Positions 7,570-18,684 are shown, counted from the first letter of the stretch. The stretch is DNA of 18,684 nt from Pseudomonadota bacterium (GCA_031416315.1 JANOTL010000126.1:1-18684), one strand, 5' to 3'. Translations and numbers: made by a program. Notes: generated by a model from the letters alone, not told the origin.

Positions 7570-9375
7570 ATGGAAATCATGAACACGCTCGCCGCGCAAG
7601 CCGTCCCCGAGATCCTCGCCCCTGCGGGCGGGCGGGCGCAATTTTTCGCGGCGCTGCAAAGCGGCGCCGACGCCGTCTATCTCGGGATGAAGAGCTTCAA
7701 CGCCCGCGCCCGCGCCGAGAACTTCGGCGAGGACGACCTGCGCGAGCTCGTCCCCCTCGCCCACGCCTTCGGCATGCGCGTCCTGGTCGCGGTCAACGTC
7801 CTAATCAAGGAAGCGGAGCTTCCTGAGCTCGTCCGCACGCTCTCGAGCCTCGAGGAGCTCGAGGTCGACGCCATCATCGTCCAGGATCTCGGCGTCGCCC
7901 GCCTGGCGCAGACGCATTTTCCCAAGCTCCGCCTCCACGCTTCGACGCAGATGGCGGTGCACAACGAGGCCGGCGTACGCGCCGCCTTCGAGTTCGGCTT
8001 TCGCCGCGTCGTCGTCGCGCGCGAGCTGACGGCCGTCGAGATGAAACGCATTCGCGCCGCCGCCCCGCGGCCCGACGCGAACGGCGACGGCGGCATCGAG
8101 ATCGAGGCCTTTTGCCACGGCAGCCTCTGCTACAGCTACAGCGGCCTCTGCTTTTTCAGCGGCTCCGAAGACGCCCGCAGCGGGAACCGCGGTGAATGCG
8201 CGTACACCTGCCGGCAGCCCTACAAGATCACCAGCGAGCCGGGCCACGGTTTCCTGTTCAGCATGAAAGACCTCGATACGTCGGCGTCGATCCGCCATTT
8301 CGTCGAGGCGGGCATCGACACCTTGAAGATCGAGGGCCGCAAGAAGGACGCGCAGTACGTGTCCTCGACCGTGCGTCTCTATCGCAGCGCGCTCGACCAG
8401 CACTTCGGCCGCTCGACGCTCCGCGCAAACGCGCCGGAGGCAGCGCGCGCCTTCGACGGCGAGGCGGCCGACGGCATCGAGCGCGATCTGGCCCTCTCCT
8501 TCCATCGCGGGCGCACCAGCTTCTTTCTCAACGGCCGCTACGTCGAGAACGTCATCGACCTTGCGAGCCCGACGCACCTCGGCCTCGAATGCGGCAAGGT
8601 GACCGCGGTCCACGGCCGGCGCATCGCCTTCGCGACGCAAACGGCGATCGAGCGCTTCGACGGCCTGAAGATCGTCGCCGCTGGCCCGGTCTTCCACGCC
8701 CGGCCGCAGGACGGCGACCGCGTGCGCGGCTCGACCGAGACGATGAGCGAGCTCTATGAGCGCAAAGCCGCGGAATTCTCGCTGCGCGAGCTCACCGTCG
8801 CCGGCAAGCGCGCGTTCGCGGCCGCGGCCGGCACGATCGTCGAGGTCGAGATGCCGGACGGCGTGCCGATGCCCGTCGTCGGCGACGAAGTGCGGAAGAT
8901 CCGGAGCGCCGACCTGAAGCGCCGCGTGGAGCGGCTGGAGTCGGTGCCCGAGGGCGCGCGTCTCCGGAGCCTGCGTAACGTCGAGATCGAGGTCGCGGCG
9001 ACCCAGCTCGCGGACGCGCTGTGCATCGAGGCGCGCGCGACGAAGTTCGGCTCGGAGCTCACGCGCGCGAAAATCGAGATTCCCGCGTTGCGCTCGACGA
9101 AGGACGGAAGCTGGCGCAGCGACGCGGAGGACGCATTCGCGATCCTGGGCGACGTCGGGTTCGCGGCGACACGGCTCGCGGTTTCGGGGGACGCCGACTG
9201 GTTCGTGCCGCGGAGCAGGCTGAAGGAATTGAAGCGCGAGCTCGCGGCGAAGCTGCCGGCGGCGTACGCCGCGTTCGTGGCGCAACGTCTGCAAGCTGGC
9301 CTCGATACCCTAAGTCCAGCCATAGCGCATCGCGAAGGCGGGCCCGCCTTCGCGATGCGCTATGGCTGGACTTAG
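7570..9375 (+). CDS. Peptidase U32-family Fe-S protein with DUF3656-like region (RlhA-like hydroxylase), interrupted at the palindrome axis
   Basis: EILAPAG, GADAVYLG, FNARARA, DAIIVQDLG, LHASTQ, ARE, C-x6-C-x15-C-x3-C (CYSYSGLCFFSGSEDARSGNRGECAYTC), LKIEGR; LGDVGF...WFVPRSRLKELKR is DUF3656-like. 591 codons reach 9342; the last 10 aa and the stop lie in the mirror arm. Alternative ATG at 7579. Confidence 0.88.
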   Translation: MEIMNTLAAQAVPEILAPAGGRAQFFAALQSGADAVYLGMKSFNARARAENFGEDDLRELVPLAHAFGMRVLVAVNVLIKEAELPELVRTLSSLEELEVDAIIVQDLGVARLAQTHFPKLRLHASTQMAVHNEAGVRAAFEFGFRRVVVARELTAVEMKRIRAAAPRPDANGDGGIEIEAFCHGSLCYSYSGLCFFSGSEDARSGNRGECAYTCRQPYKITSEPGHGFLFSMKDLDTSASIRHFVEAGIDTLKIEGRKKDAQYVSSTVRLYRSALDQHFGRSTLRANAPEAARAFDGEAADGIERDLALSFHRGRTSFFLNGRYVENVIDLASPTHLGLECGKVTAVHGRRIAFATQTAIERFDGLKIVAAGPVFHARPQDGDRVRGSTETMSELYERKAAEFSLRELTVAGKRAFAAAAGTIVEVEMPDGVPMPVVGDEVRKIRSADLKRRVERLESVPEGARLRSLRNVEIEVAATQLADALCIEARATKFGSELTRAKIEIPALRSTKDGSWRSDAEDAFAILGDVGFAATRLAVSGDADWFVPRSRLKELKRELAAKLPAAYAAFVAQRLQAGLDTLSPAIAHREGGPAFAMRYGWT

Positions 9376-11115
9376 GGTATCGAGGCCAGCTTGCAGACGT
9401 TGCGCCACGAACGCGGCGTACGCCGCCGGCAGCTTCGCCGCGAGCTCGCGCTTCAATTCCTTCAGCCTGCTCCGCGGCACGAACCAGTCGGCGTCCCCCG
9501 AAACCGCGAGCCGTGTCGCCGCGAACCCGACGTCGCCCAGGATCGCGAATGCGTCCTCCGCGTCGCTGCGCCAGCTTCCGTCCTTCGTCGAGCGCAACGC
9601 GGGAATCTCGATTTTCGCGCGCGTGAGCTCCGAGCCGAACTTCGTCGCGCGCGCCTCGATGCACAGCGCGTCCGCGAGCTGGGTCGCCGCGACCTCGATC
9701 TCGACGTTACGCAGGCTCCGGAGACGCGCGCCCTCGGGCACCGACTCCAGCCGCTCCACGCGGCGCTTCAGGTCGGCGCTCCGGATCTTCCGCACTTCGT
9801 CGCCGACGACGGGCATCGGCACGCCGTCCGGCATCTCGACCTCGACGATCGTGCCGGCCGCGGCCGCGAACGCGCGCTTGCCGGCGACGGTGAGCTCGCG
9901 CAGCGAGAATTCCGCGGCTTTGCGCTCATAGAGCTCGCTCATCGTCTCGGTCGAGCCGCGCACGCGGTCGCCGTCCTGCGGCCGGGCGTGGAAGACCGGG
10001 CCAGCGGCGACGATCTTCAGGCCGTCGAAGCGCTCGATCGCCGTTTGCGTCGCGAAGGCGATGCGCCGGCCGTGGACCGCGGTCACCTTGCCGCATTCGA
10101 GGCCGAGGTGCGTCGGGCTCGCAAGGTCGATGACGTTCTCGACGTAGCGGCCGTTGAGAAAGAAGCTGGTGCGCCCGCGATGGAAGGAGAGGGCCAGATC
10201 GCGCTCGATGCCGTCGGCCGCCTCGCCGTCGAAGGCGCGCGCTGCCTCCGGCGCGTTTGCGCGGAGCGTCGAGCGGCCGAAGTGCTGGTCGAGCGCGCTG
10301 CGATAGAGACGCACGGTCGAGGACACGTACTGCGCGTCCTTCTTGCGGCCCTCGATCTTCAAGGTGTCGATGCCCGCCTCGACGAAATGGCGGATCGACG
10401 CCGACGTATCGAGGTCTTTCATGCTGAACAGGAAACCGTGGCCCGGCTCGCTGGTGATCTTGTAGGGCTGCCGGCAGGTGTACGCGCATTCACCGCGGTT
10501 CCCGCTGCGGGCGTCTTCGGAGCCGCTGAAAAAGCAGAGGCCGCTGTAGCTGTAGCAGAGGCTGCCGTGGCAAAAGGCCTCGATCTCGATGCCGCCGTCG
10601 CCGTTCGCGTCGGGCCGCGGGGCGGCGGCGCGAATGCGTTTCATCTCGACGGCCGTCAGCTCGCGCGCGACGACGACGCGGCGAAAGCCGAACTCGAAGG
10701 CGGCGCGTACGCCGGCCTCGTTGTGCACCGCCATCTGCGTCGAAGCGTGGAGGCGGAGCTTGGGAAAATGCGTCTGCGCCAGGCGGGCGACGCCGAGATC
10801 CTGGACGATGATGGCGTCGACCTCGAGCTCCTCGAGGCTCGAGAGCGTGCGGACGAGCTCAGGAAGCTCCGCTTCCTTGATTAGGACGTTGACCGCGACC
10901 AGGACGCGCATGCCGAAGGCGTGGGCGAGGGGGACGAGCTCGCGCAGGTCGTCCTCGCCGAAGTTCTCGGCGCGGGCGCGGGCGTTGAAGCTCTTCATCC
11001 CGAGATAGACGGCGTCGGCGCCGCTTTGCAGCGCCGCGAAAAATTGCGCCCGCCCGCCCGCAGGGGCGAGGATCTCGGGGACGGCTTGCGCGGCGAGCGT
11101 GTTCATGATTTCCAT
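9310..11115 (-). CDS. Mirror copy of the U32/RlhA-like gene
   Basis: Identical translation to 7570..9375. Confidence 0.8.
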   Translation of the reverse strand: MEIMNTLAAQAVPEILAPAGGRAQFFAALQSGADAVYLGMKSFNARARAENFGEDDLRELVPLAHAFGMRVLVAVNVLIKEAELPELVRTLSSLEELEVDAIIVQDLGVARLAQTHFPKLRLHASTQMAVHNEAGVRAAFEFGFRRVVVARELTAVEMKRIRAAAPRPDANGDGGIEIEAFCHGSLCYSYSGLCFFSGSEDARSGNRGECAYTCRQPYKITSEPGHGFLFSMKDLDTSASIRHFVEAGIDTLKIEGRKKDAQYVSSTVRLYRSALDQHFGRSTLRANAPEAARAFDGEAADGIERDLALSFHRGRTSFFLNGRYVENVIDLASPTHLGLECGKVTAVHGRRIAFATQTAIERFDGLKIVAAGPVFHARPQDGDRVRGSTETMSELYERKAAEFSLRELTVAGKRAFAAAAGTIVEVEMPDGVPMPVVGDEVRKIRSADLKRRVERLESVPEGARLRSLRNVEIEVAATQLADALCIEARATKFGSELTRAKIEIPALRSTKDGSWRSDAEDAFAILGDVGFAATRLAVSGDADWFVPRSRLKELKRELAAKLPAAYAAFVAQRLQAGLDTLSPAIAHREGGPAFAMRYGWT

Positions 11116-11129
11116 AGAATCGTGATGAA

Positions 11130-12257
11130 ATGGGCCGGCCGCTTATAACAGATATTCAAGGCGTTATGAATCCCACGAATCCCCCCACGATTTCGGACAC
11201 CTGGCTCCTTCATGTGGACCGGCTCGCGTTGGACGCTTGGAAAGCCGCGCATCCTGAGAGCCAGCTGTCTGAGGAAGTCGGGGAAGGACTACGCCTCGTG
11301 ACTGGCCTTCTTGCCCACCCCTTCTGCGCTTCCGCTCCTCCGCGCCTCAGCGATCTGCACGGCAGGCCGGCCGGACGATCGCTGAAGCGCAGAGGAGCGG
11401 AAGCTCAGAAGGTTGGGGCTTGGAGGCATGGGTGTGCGGCGCAAGCTCTCGTCCGCTTTGCGCTTCGCATTGACGACGCGCCAATCGAGGCGCAGGTGAC
11501 CGCGGCGCGTCGAGCCGGCGTCCAACGCGTCATCGCGCTCGCGCTGCGGAGCCGCGGCAAAACCAGCACGCGACTCGCGCTCGCGCTCGCGACCGCCGCA
11601 GGGATGACCGAAGCCGTGGCGCCCTTCTCCGCGGACGAGCCCCAATTTTACGTGCTCGGCACCGACGGTCGCGCGTTCTGCGGCGTCGCGACGCCGCGCG
11701 AGACGGGCTCACCGTTCGCCGCGGGGCGGTTCACGGACGCGAATCGCCCGAGCCGCGCCGGCGCCAAGCTGTCCGAAGCTCTCGCTTACGCCGACGGTTT
11801 CCTCGGCGGCGCGCCGCGCGCCGGCCGCTGGCTCGAGCTCGGCGCCTTTCCCGGCGGCATGACCGCCGTACTCGCGGAAAATGCCGCGCACGTCACCGCG
11901 GTGGATCGGCGCGAGCGGCCGGCAGCGCTCGCGGGCGCAGCGAACGTGACGTGGCACGAAATAGACGTCGAGGCCTTTTCGTCGCCGCACGCCTACGACG
12001 CCCTCGTCAGCGACCTCAACGGCCCACCCTTGCCCGCGGCCCAAACCGTCGCCCGTTTAGCCGCGGCGCTCGCGCCGCAGTCCCTCGTGATCCACACGCT
12101 CAAGCTCTCGCGCTGGGACGCGCTCGAGCGCGATCTCGACGCCGTCTCGGCGGTCTTCGGGAGCGCCGGCCTGCGCCTCGAGGCGGTGCGCCATTTCTGC
12201 GCGAATCGACGCGAATTGACGCTATTCGCGAAGTCACAGAATGAAACGTTTCGTTGA
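11130..12257 (+). CDS. Mirror copy of the RlmM-like methyltransferase
   Basis: Identical translation to 6428..7555. Confidence 0.75.
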   Translation: MGRPLITDIQGVMNPTNPPTISDTWLLHVDRLALDAWKAAHPESQLSEEVGEGLRLVTGLLAHPFCASAPPRLSDLHGRPAGRSLKRRGAEAQKVGAWRHGCAAQALVRFALRIDDAPIEAQVTAARRAGVQRVIALALRSRGKTSTRLALALATAAGMTEAVAPFSADEPQFYVLGTDGRAFCGVATPRETGSPFAAGRFTDANRPSRAGAKLSEALAYADGFLGGAPRAGRWLELGAFPGGMTAVLAENAAHVTAVDRRERPAALAGAANVTWHEIDVEAFSSPHAYDALVSDLNGPPLPAAQTVARLAAALAPQSLVIHTLKLSRWDALERDLDAVSAVFGSAGLRLEAVRHFCANRRELTLFAKSQNETFR

Positions 12258-12387
12258 CGGAACACTAAGCGCCTGAATTCGCGCCATGCTGGCGGGACTG
12301 TAGGTTGACCGCAAAAGGCGCGTAGAATTAGGGTCGGCGCACACGAAACTTCGTTTCTTTCATGCGTCTTTTAGGAGGAATTTCTCG

Positions 12388-13071
12388 ATGATCCGTAATC
12401 TCTTGATGGTGCTCGCCCTGGCAGCTCCGACGGCCGCAGTGGCCGAAGGTCAAATCGATTTCGGCGGCGACGCCGCCACGACCGAAAACTTCAGCCACAG
12501 CTTTTGCCGCGACTTCGACTACAACCCGGACTCCTGCAACCAGTACTCGCGCGAATGCCTCTATGACTACATCGACAGCGCTTGCTACCCGCGCGGCGGC
12601 GGCGGCGGCGGCGGCGGCGGCAACCGTTCCTGCTCCAGCTACAACCGCGACCCGTCCCTCTGCAACGACCAGCCGAACTGCAATTTCAACTATCAGTGGA
12701 ACGTGTGCGAAGACACCTGGCAGCAGCCGGGCGGCCGTTGCTCGCGTTACGACGGCGATCAGTGGACCTGTGACCGCGACCCGAGCTGTCGATTCGACAG
12801 CTGGTCGCAACGTTGTGAGCAGCGCGGCGGCGGCGGCGGCGGCAACCAGATCCGCACCACGCAGCTTAGCTGCTCGAGCTCGCAGTACCGCTACGCGCAC
12901 TGCACGATCCCGGGCCAGCCGTACGCGCAGATCGTCGACGCGTACCTGACCCAGACCTATTCCAATGCCGACTGCCAGCAGAACTACAGCTGGGGCTACG
13001 ACCAATCGGGCGTTTGGGTCGACCGCGGCTGCAGCGCGTCCTTCCAGGTCCGCTACCGTTCCCAGTACTAA
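12388..13071 (+). CDS. Mirror copy of the Cys-repeat/DUF3011-like secreted protein
   Basis: Identical translation to 5614..6297. Confidence 0.8.
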   Translation: MIRNLLMVLALAAPTAAVAEGQIDFGGDAATTENFSHSFCRDFDYNPDSCNQYSRECLYDYIDSACYPRGGGGGGGGGNRSCSSYNRDPSLCNDQPNCNFNYQWNVCEDTWQQPGGRCSRYDGDQWTCDRDPSCRFDSWSQRCEQRGGGGGGNQIRTTQLSCSSSQYRYAHCTIPGQPYAQIVDAYLTQTYSNADCQQNYSWGYDQSGVWVDRGCSASFQVRYRSQY

Positions 13072-13101
13072 GCCGGCAACTTCCGACGCGTTCGGCCCCC
13101 T

Positions 13102-13143
13102 AAAAGAAAAACCCCCCGGTCAACCATGACCGAGGGTTTTTTT
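13102..13143. terminator. Mirror copy of the bidirectional terminator
   Basis: Reverse complement of 5542-5583. Confidence 0.85.
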
Positions 13144-13172
13144 CGATCGCCGTGAAAGCGACGGAATCTAGA

Positions 13173-13442
13173 TTACTTGGTGGCGCCTTCGGCCGGAGCG
13201 ACGGGGGCGGCGGCCGGAGCGGCTTCGATGGCTTTGCCGTCGAAGGTGTCGCCACCCTCTTTTTGGCAAGCGGCGGAGTCCGCGGTCGCGCCTTTGGCTT
13301 TCCACTTCGCGTCTTTCGAGTTCGTGCACTTGTGCGCGGCGGCGACGGCTTTTTTGGCCGGTGCGGCTTTTTTGCCTTCGGCGAGAGCGACGCCCGAGAG
13401 ACCGAGGACGGAAGCGACGGCGAGGATTTGTGCGAATTTCAT
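13173..13442 (-). CDS. Mirror copy of the 89-aa secreted protein
   Basis: Reverse complement of 5243..5512. Confidence 0.8.
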   Translation of the reverse strand: MKFAQILAVASVLGLSGVALAEGKKAAPAKKAVAAAHKCTNSKDAKWKAKGATADSAACQKEGGDTFDGKAIEAAPAAAPVAPAEGATK

Positions 13443-13507
13443 AGGATTCTCCTTCCATGAATATTTGGGGCGACGGAACTCTACGAGTCCAATCGCCAAC
13501 ACCTCTT

Positions 13508-13524
13508 TGCAGATCCGGGGCCAA
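13508..13524 (-). promoter_or_regulatory. Mirror copy of the candidate sigma54 promoter
   Basis: tgcagatccggggccaa is the reverse complement of 5161-5177. Confidence 0.65.
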
Positions 13525-13615
13525 GTCGAAACGACGGCCTTGGCCGGCGCATCCCACTGACATTAGTGGTAAATGCGATTGTTACCCGACAGCGAGATTC
13601 CCAATTTCGGGAAAA

Positions 13616-15429
13616 TCAGGCCTCTCGGTTCCGGGAACTGGGAAAGCTCAGGCGCACCTCGGTGCCGGAGAGCGGGCGCCCGGTCCGGTCGCTGCCACCG
13701 CGCCGCGCGATGGCGATGTTGCCGCCGTGCGCGTCGATGATCTTCTTCACGGTGGTGAGCCCCAGACCCGTCCCCGTCTCCTTCGTCGTGTAAAACAGGT
13801 CGAAGAGGCGGCTCTCCGAGCCCGCGGGCAAACCGACGCCGTCGTCCCGCACCACGACTTCCACGCCCGCCTCGTTGCCGTGCGCCTCGATCTCGATGGC
13901 GCCGCCGGGACGGCAGGCCTCGATCGCGTTCTGGACGATGTTGACGAAGCATTGCTTGAGCTTGTCGGGGTCGGCACGCAGCTTTAAGGGGGTGAGCGGC
14001 ATCTTCGGCGAGCAACTGAGGCGCTTTTCCTCGAGCGGGCCGCGGTAGATCTCCAGGGTCGACTCGAGGATGATCCGTACGTCGACGTCCTGGACCGCCA
14101 GGCTCACGGGCCGCGCGTAATCAAGGATGTCGGAGACCAGCCGGTCGAGCCGGCCGATCTCGCCGCGGAGGTCGCGGACGACGCCTTCGGGACTGGCGCC
14201 GCTCTTCGACAACTCCAGCCGCGACAGCAGCAGCGACATGCCGTTCAGGGGGTTGCGGATCTCGTGCGCCAGCGTGGAGGCAAGGGTGCCGATCGCCGCC
14301 AGGCGCTCGTTCTCGATGCGCCGCCGCTCGCTTTCCTCGAGGCGCACGATCATGCGCTCCTGAAAAGCCGCGATCTTGGCGCGCATCTTCTCGATCTCCT
14401 CCGCGATGAAGTGCACCTCGTCGACACCCTGCGGGATCTCGATCGGACTCTTGAAGTCCCCGGTCGCCAGGCGCTGCGTGCCGTCGACCAGGTCGAGCAA
14501 GGGCCGCGTGATCGAGCGCGACAGGAGAAAGGTCGCGAGGATCAAGACCGCGATCAAGCTCACGCTCGTGAGCAAGATCACCTTCTTCACGTCGCTCAGG
14601 GGTCTCGTGACTTCCCTCAGGTCGCGCTCGACGACGACGTACCATTTGCGCCCGGGGATCTTCAAGACCGTCCCGAGGACCTCTTGGCCGCCGAAGTTCT
14701 TGTAGCGGTCGACCCAGAACTCGTCGCGCAAGTGCTTGATCAAGGGTGTGGCGACCAAGTGCGACTCGACGCGCTTGTCCGTTCCGGTACGGCCCGGCGT
14801 GATAAAGCGCAGCGCGGCGTCGAGGAGGAAGGCGTCGGTGGTCTCCGAGACGCCGAGCTTCTGGTCCATTAGGTCGTAGATCGAGGCGAGATTCACCTCG
14901 CCCACGAGGACGCCTTTGACCACGGCCCCAGCGACGATCGGCGTCGACACGAGCTGGGCCTTTCCCTGCTCCTTCGTCAGGATGTCGGAGAAGTTGAAGC
15001 CCTTGAGGCCGTTGACGAAGAAGGGCTGCGTCTTGCCGGGAAGGCCGCACAGCTCCTTGTCGGTCGAGCCGAGACAGAGGCCGGTCCGGTCGTAGACGGC
15101 GAGGTCCTGGAAGAGCGGCAGCATTTTCTGCCGCGCGATCGTGAATTCCTCGATCGCCTTGCGGTCGGGTTGGCGTTTGCGCAGCTCCTCCAGGAGGTCT
15201 GGGTGCTCGTCCATCGAGACGAGGCTTTCCTCGATCCGGTTCAAGCGCTTTTGCACCAGCCCGGAGAGCGTCACCGAGAGAACGCGCAGCTCGTTCGCCG
15301 CGTTCGCCGTGATCGTGGTGTCGGCGAACTCCAAGGACAGGACGCTCAGCGCCGTCACGAGGAGCACGAAGAGCGACGTGAACGTGGCGAAGATCCGCCC
15401 GCCGATGCGCCGGAACGGATGGAAGAACC

Positions 15430-15433
<4 letters not shown>
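13616..15433 (-). CDS. Mirror copy of the sensor histidine kinase
   Basis: Reverse complement of 3252..5069. Confidence 0.9.
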
Positions 15434-16803
<1,370 letters not shown>

Positions 16804-16833
16804 TGGCTCAGCTCGGCGTCCCGGACGGACGCC

Positions 16834-17259
16834 TCAGCGGCGGTTGTACTCTTCGTAGTAACAATGACGACCACCCATGCCGATCGAGGCGTAGAAGCCT
16901 TCTTGATCATAGCCGAGCTGGACGACCATCGTGCGGAGTTGTTGCCAGAGAGTGTCCTCGGAGAGGGCCAGCACATAAGGCGGCATGGGGGCGACGAAGC
17001 CCGTGACCGCGGTGGCGGGCTCCATGTTCCCGGGAATCAAAACGAAACTCAGCTCGCCGACGTCTTCTTTCGTCAACGCGCCGTCGCGGAGGACGCCGCG
17101 CAAGGTCCAGACTTCCGCCTGCTCCGAGAAGACCATCCGGTACCCGAGGACGATGCCAGTCACGTCCTGGGCAGGGCCCTCTTTCTTGTCGCCGCCCTTC
17201 TCCTGCGTGATCGCGCGGAGGTTGACGATGCGGGGACGGTTGGTGCCTTTGCGTTCCAT
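16834..17259 (-). CDS. Mirror copy of the 141-aa hypothetical protein
   Basis: Reverse complement of 1426..1851. Confidence 0.7.
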   Translation of the reverse strand: MERKGTNRPRIVNLRAITQEKGGDKKEGPAQDVTGIVLGYRMVFSEQAEVWTLRGVLRDGALTKEDVGELSFVLIPGNMEPATAVTGFVAPMPPYVLALSEDTLWQQLRTMVVQLGYDQEGFYASIGMGGRHCYYEEYNRR

Positions 17260-17393
17260 GAAGCTCCTTGCCAGCGGGGGACGATTGATATCACGAAGGC
17301 GGAGCGATGGATAGGCACGCCCGATCCGACGGGGGTTTTTGCCGTAGGATCGGGCCTTTGCGAGAGGCGATGGGCGAGCCTTCTGGAAGGAGT

Positions 17394-18434
17394 TTAGGGG
17401 GCAAGCTCCGTCAGCCCGGACAGCGAGATTCCCAGGAGGCGCACCTTTCGCCCCGTGCCCGTCGTCGCAGCGAGTAAATCCGCGGCGATGTCGGAAAGGT
17501 CGGCTGCGGCGGCCACCGGCTCGGGAAAGGTCCGGCGCCGCGTCACGATCTCGAAGTCGGCATACTTCACCTTCAGCGTCACGGTGCGCCCGGCCATGCG
17601 TCTGCGCGCCAGGCCTTCGGCAAGGTGGACGGCGACTTGCGCGAGCTCCGCGCGCAGCGTGACTGGATCGGCGACGTCGATCGCGAAGGTACGCTCTTTC
17701 CCGAAAGATTTGCGCTCGCGATCGGGCTGGACCGGACGCTCGTCGATGCCTCGGGCTCGCGCGTAGAGCCAAGACCCCATGCGGGCGCCGAGACGCCGCT
17801 CCAGCTCGGGAACCGAAAACGGCCACACGTCGCCGCAGAGGGAGAAGCCGTGCGCGGCCAAGCGCTTCTCGGTCGCGGGACCGATGCCGTTCACCTTCCT
17901 CAGCGGCAGCTTCTCCATGAACTCGGCGATCTGCTCGGGCAGGATCACGGCGAGGCCGCGCGGCTTACGCAGCTCGGAGGCGATCTTCGCCAGCATCTTG
18001 TTCGGCGCGACGCCGGCCGAGCCGGTGAGGCCGGTTTCCCGGAAGATCTCGAGCTGGATGCGGCGCGCGATCTGCACGGCGTAGAGTCCGTGGGCGTTGT
18101 TCGTCACGTCGAGGTAGGCCTCGTCGAGAGACAGTGGCTCGACGAGCGGCGTGTACGCGAGGAAGACGGCGCGAATCTCGCGGGAGATCGCCGTGTACTT
18201 CTCGAAGTTCGGGCGGACGAAGACGCCCTCGGGGCAAAGTCGCGCGGCTTGCGCACACGGCATCGCCGACCGCACGCCGAATTTTCGCGCTTCGTAGCTG
18301 GCGGAGCAGACGACGCCCCGTGAGTTCGGCGAGCCGCCGACGATCAGGGGGCGGCCGCGCAGACGCGGGTCGTCGCGCGCCTCGACCGAGGCGTAGAAGG
18401 CGTCCATGTCGAAGTGGATGATCTTCCGCGTCAC
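17394..18434 (-). CDS. dinB: Mirror copy of DNA polymerase IV
   Basis: Identical translation to 251..1291. Confidence 0.92.
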   Translation of the reverse strand: MTRKIIHFDMDAFYASVEARDDPRLRGRPLIVGGSPNSRGVVCSASYEARKFGVRSAMPCAQAARLCPEGVFVRPNFEKYTAISREIRAVFLAYTPLVEPLSLDEAYLDVTNNAHGLYAVQIARRIQLEIFRETGLTGSAGVAPNKMLAKIASELRKPRGLAVILPEQIAEFMEKLPLRKVNGIGPATEKRLAAHGFSLCGDVWPFSVPELERRLGARMGSWLYARARGIDERPVQPDRERKSFGKERTFAIDVADPVTLRAELAQVAVHLAEGLARRRMAGRTVTLKVKYADFEIVTRRRTFPEPVAAAADLSDIAADLLAATTGTGRKVRLLGISLSGLTELAP

Positions 18435-18518
18435 TGGACGAGGGTACGCTAGTCGGGCCCGCCTTCGCCAAGGCTACGGCGGGATAATTGGGGCGAAGGC
18501 GGACCGCGCACCTCGCCT

Positions 18519-18684
18519 TTAGAGCTCTTTGGAGGGCTCGTTCAGCGTCGTGAGCCGTCTCTTCTTGATCCTTTCGACCAGGGTCGTCCGGTTCAGGCCG
18601 AGGAGCTTCGCCGCCTGATTGCGATTGTTCCCCGTACGCTCGAGCGCCTGGCGGATGAAATCGTTCTCCAGGCTCTCGATGAAC
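18519..18684 (-). CDS. Mirror copy of the Fis-type HTH 3' fragment
   Basis: Reverse complement of 1-166. Confidence 0.83.
   Translation of the reverse strand, partial: FIESLENDFIRQALERTGNNRNQAAKLLGLNRTTLVERIKKRRLTTLNEPSKEL

Noticed and set aside
9343..9375. C-terminus PAFAMRYGWT* and convergent overlapping U32 genes
   Set aside because: Produced by reading through the axis into the antisense copy; the stop is probably not native.
9300..9385. Protelomerase hairpin telomere of a linear plasmid or phage
   Set aside because: No telomere resolvase, phage or plasmid genes in the window; the axis is GC-rich and inside a CDS. Kept only as the less likely alternative pending read data.

Overview
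The 18,684-nt window is one zero-spacer palindrome: 9343-18684 is the reverse complement of 1-9342, with the axis between 9342 and 9343 inside ...GAAGGCGGG|CCCGCCTTC.... Only about 9.3 kb is unique. The fold-back interrupts a housekeeping-type CDS, so an assembly or amplification artefact is more likely than a real hairpin telomere. The unique arm is GC-rich bacterial chromosomal DNA, possibly delta-proteobacteria/Bdellovibrionota-like (weak inference). In order it holds: the 3' end of a Fis-type HTH (sigma54 activator) gene; dinB; a 141-aa hypothetical; an NtrC-family sigma54 response regulator coupled to a membrane histidine kinase; a candidate tandem enhancer plus sigma54 promoter upstream of an 89-aa secreted protein; a bidirectional terminator; a secreted Cys-repeat/DUF3011-like protein; and a divergent pair of an RlmM-like 2'-O-methyltransferase and an RlhA-like U32 Fe-S hydroxylase that is cut at the axis. 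The best biological leads are (i) a self-contained two-component/enhancer/sigma54/small-secreted-protein module and (ii) head-to-head linkage of two enzymes whose E. coli relatives modify neighbouring 23S rRNA positions C2498 and C2501. All family calls come from motif recognition by eye; no searches were run.
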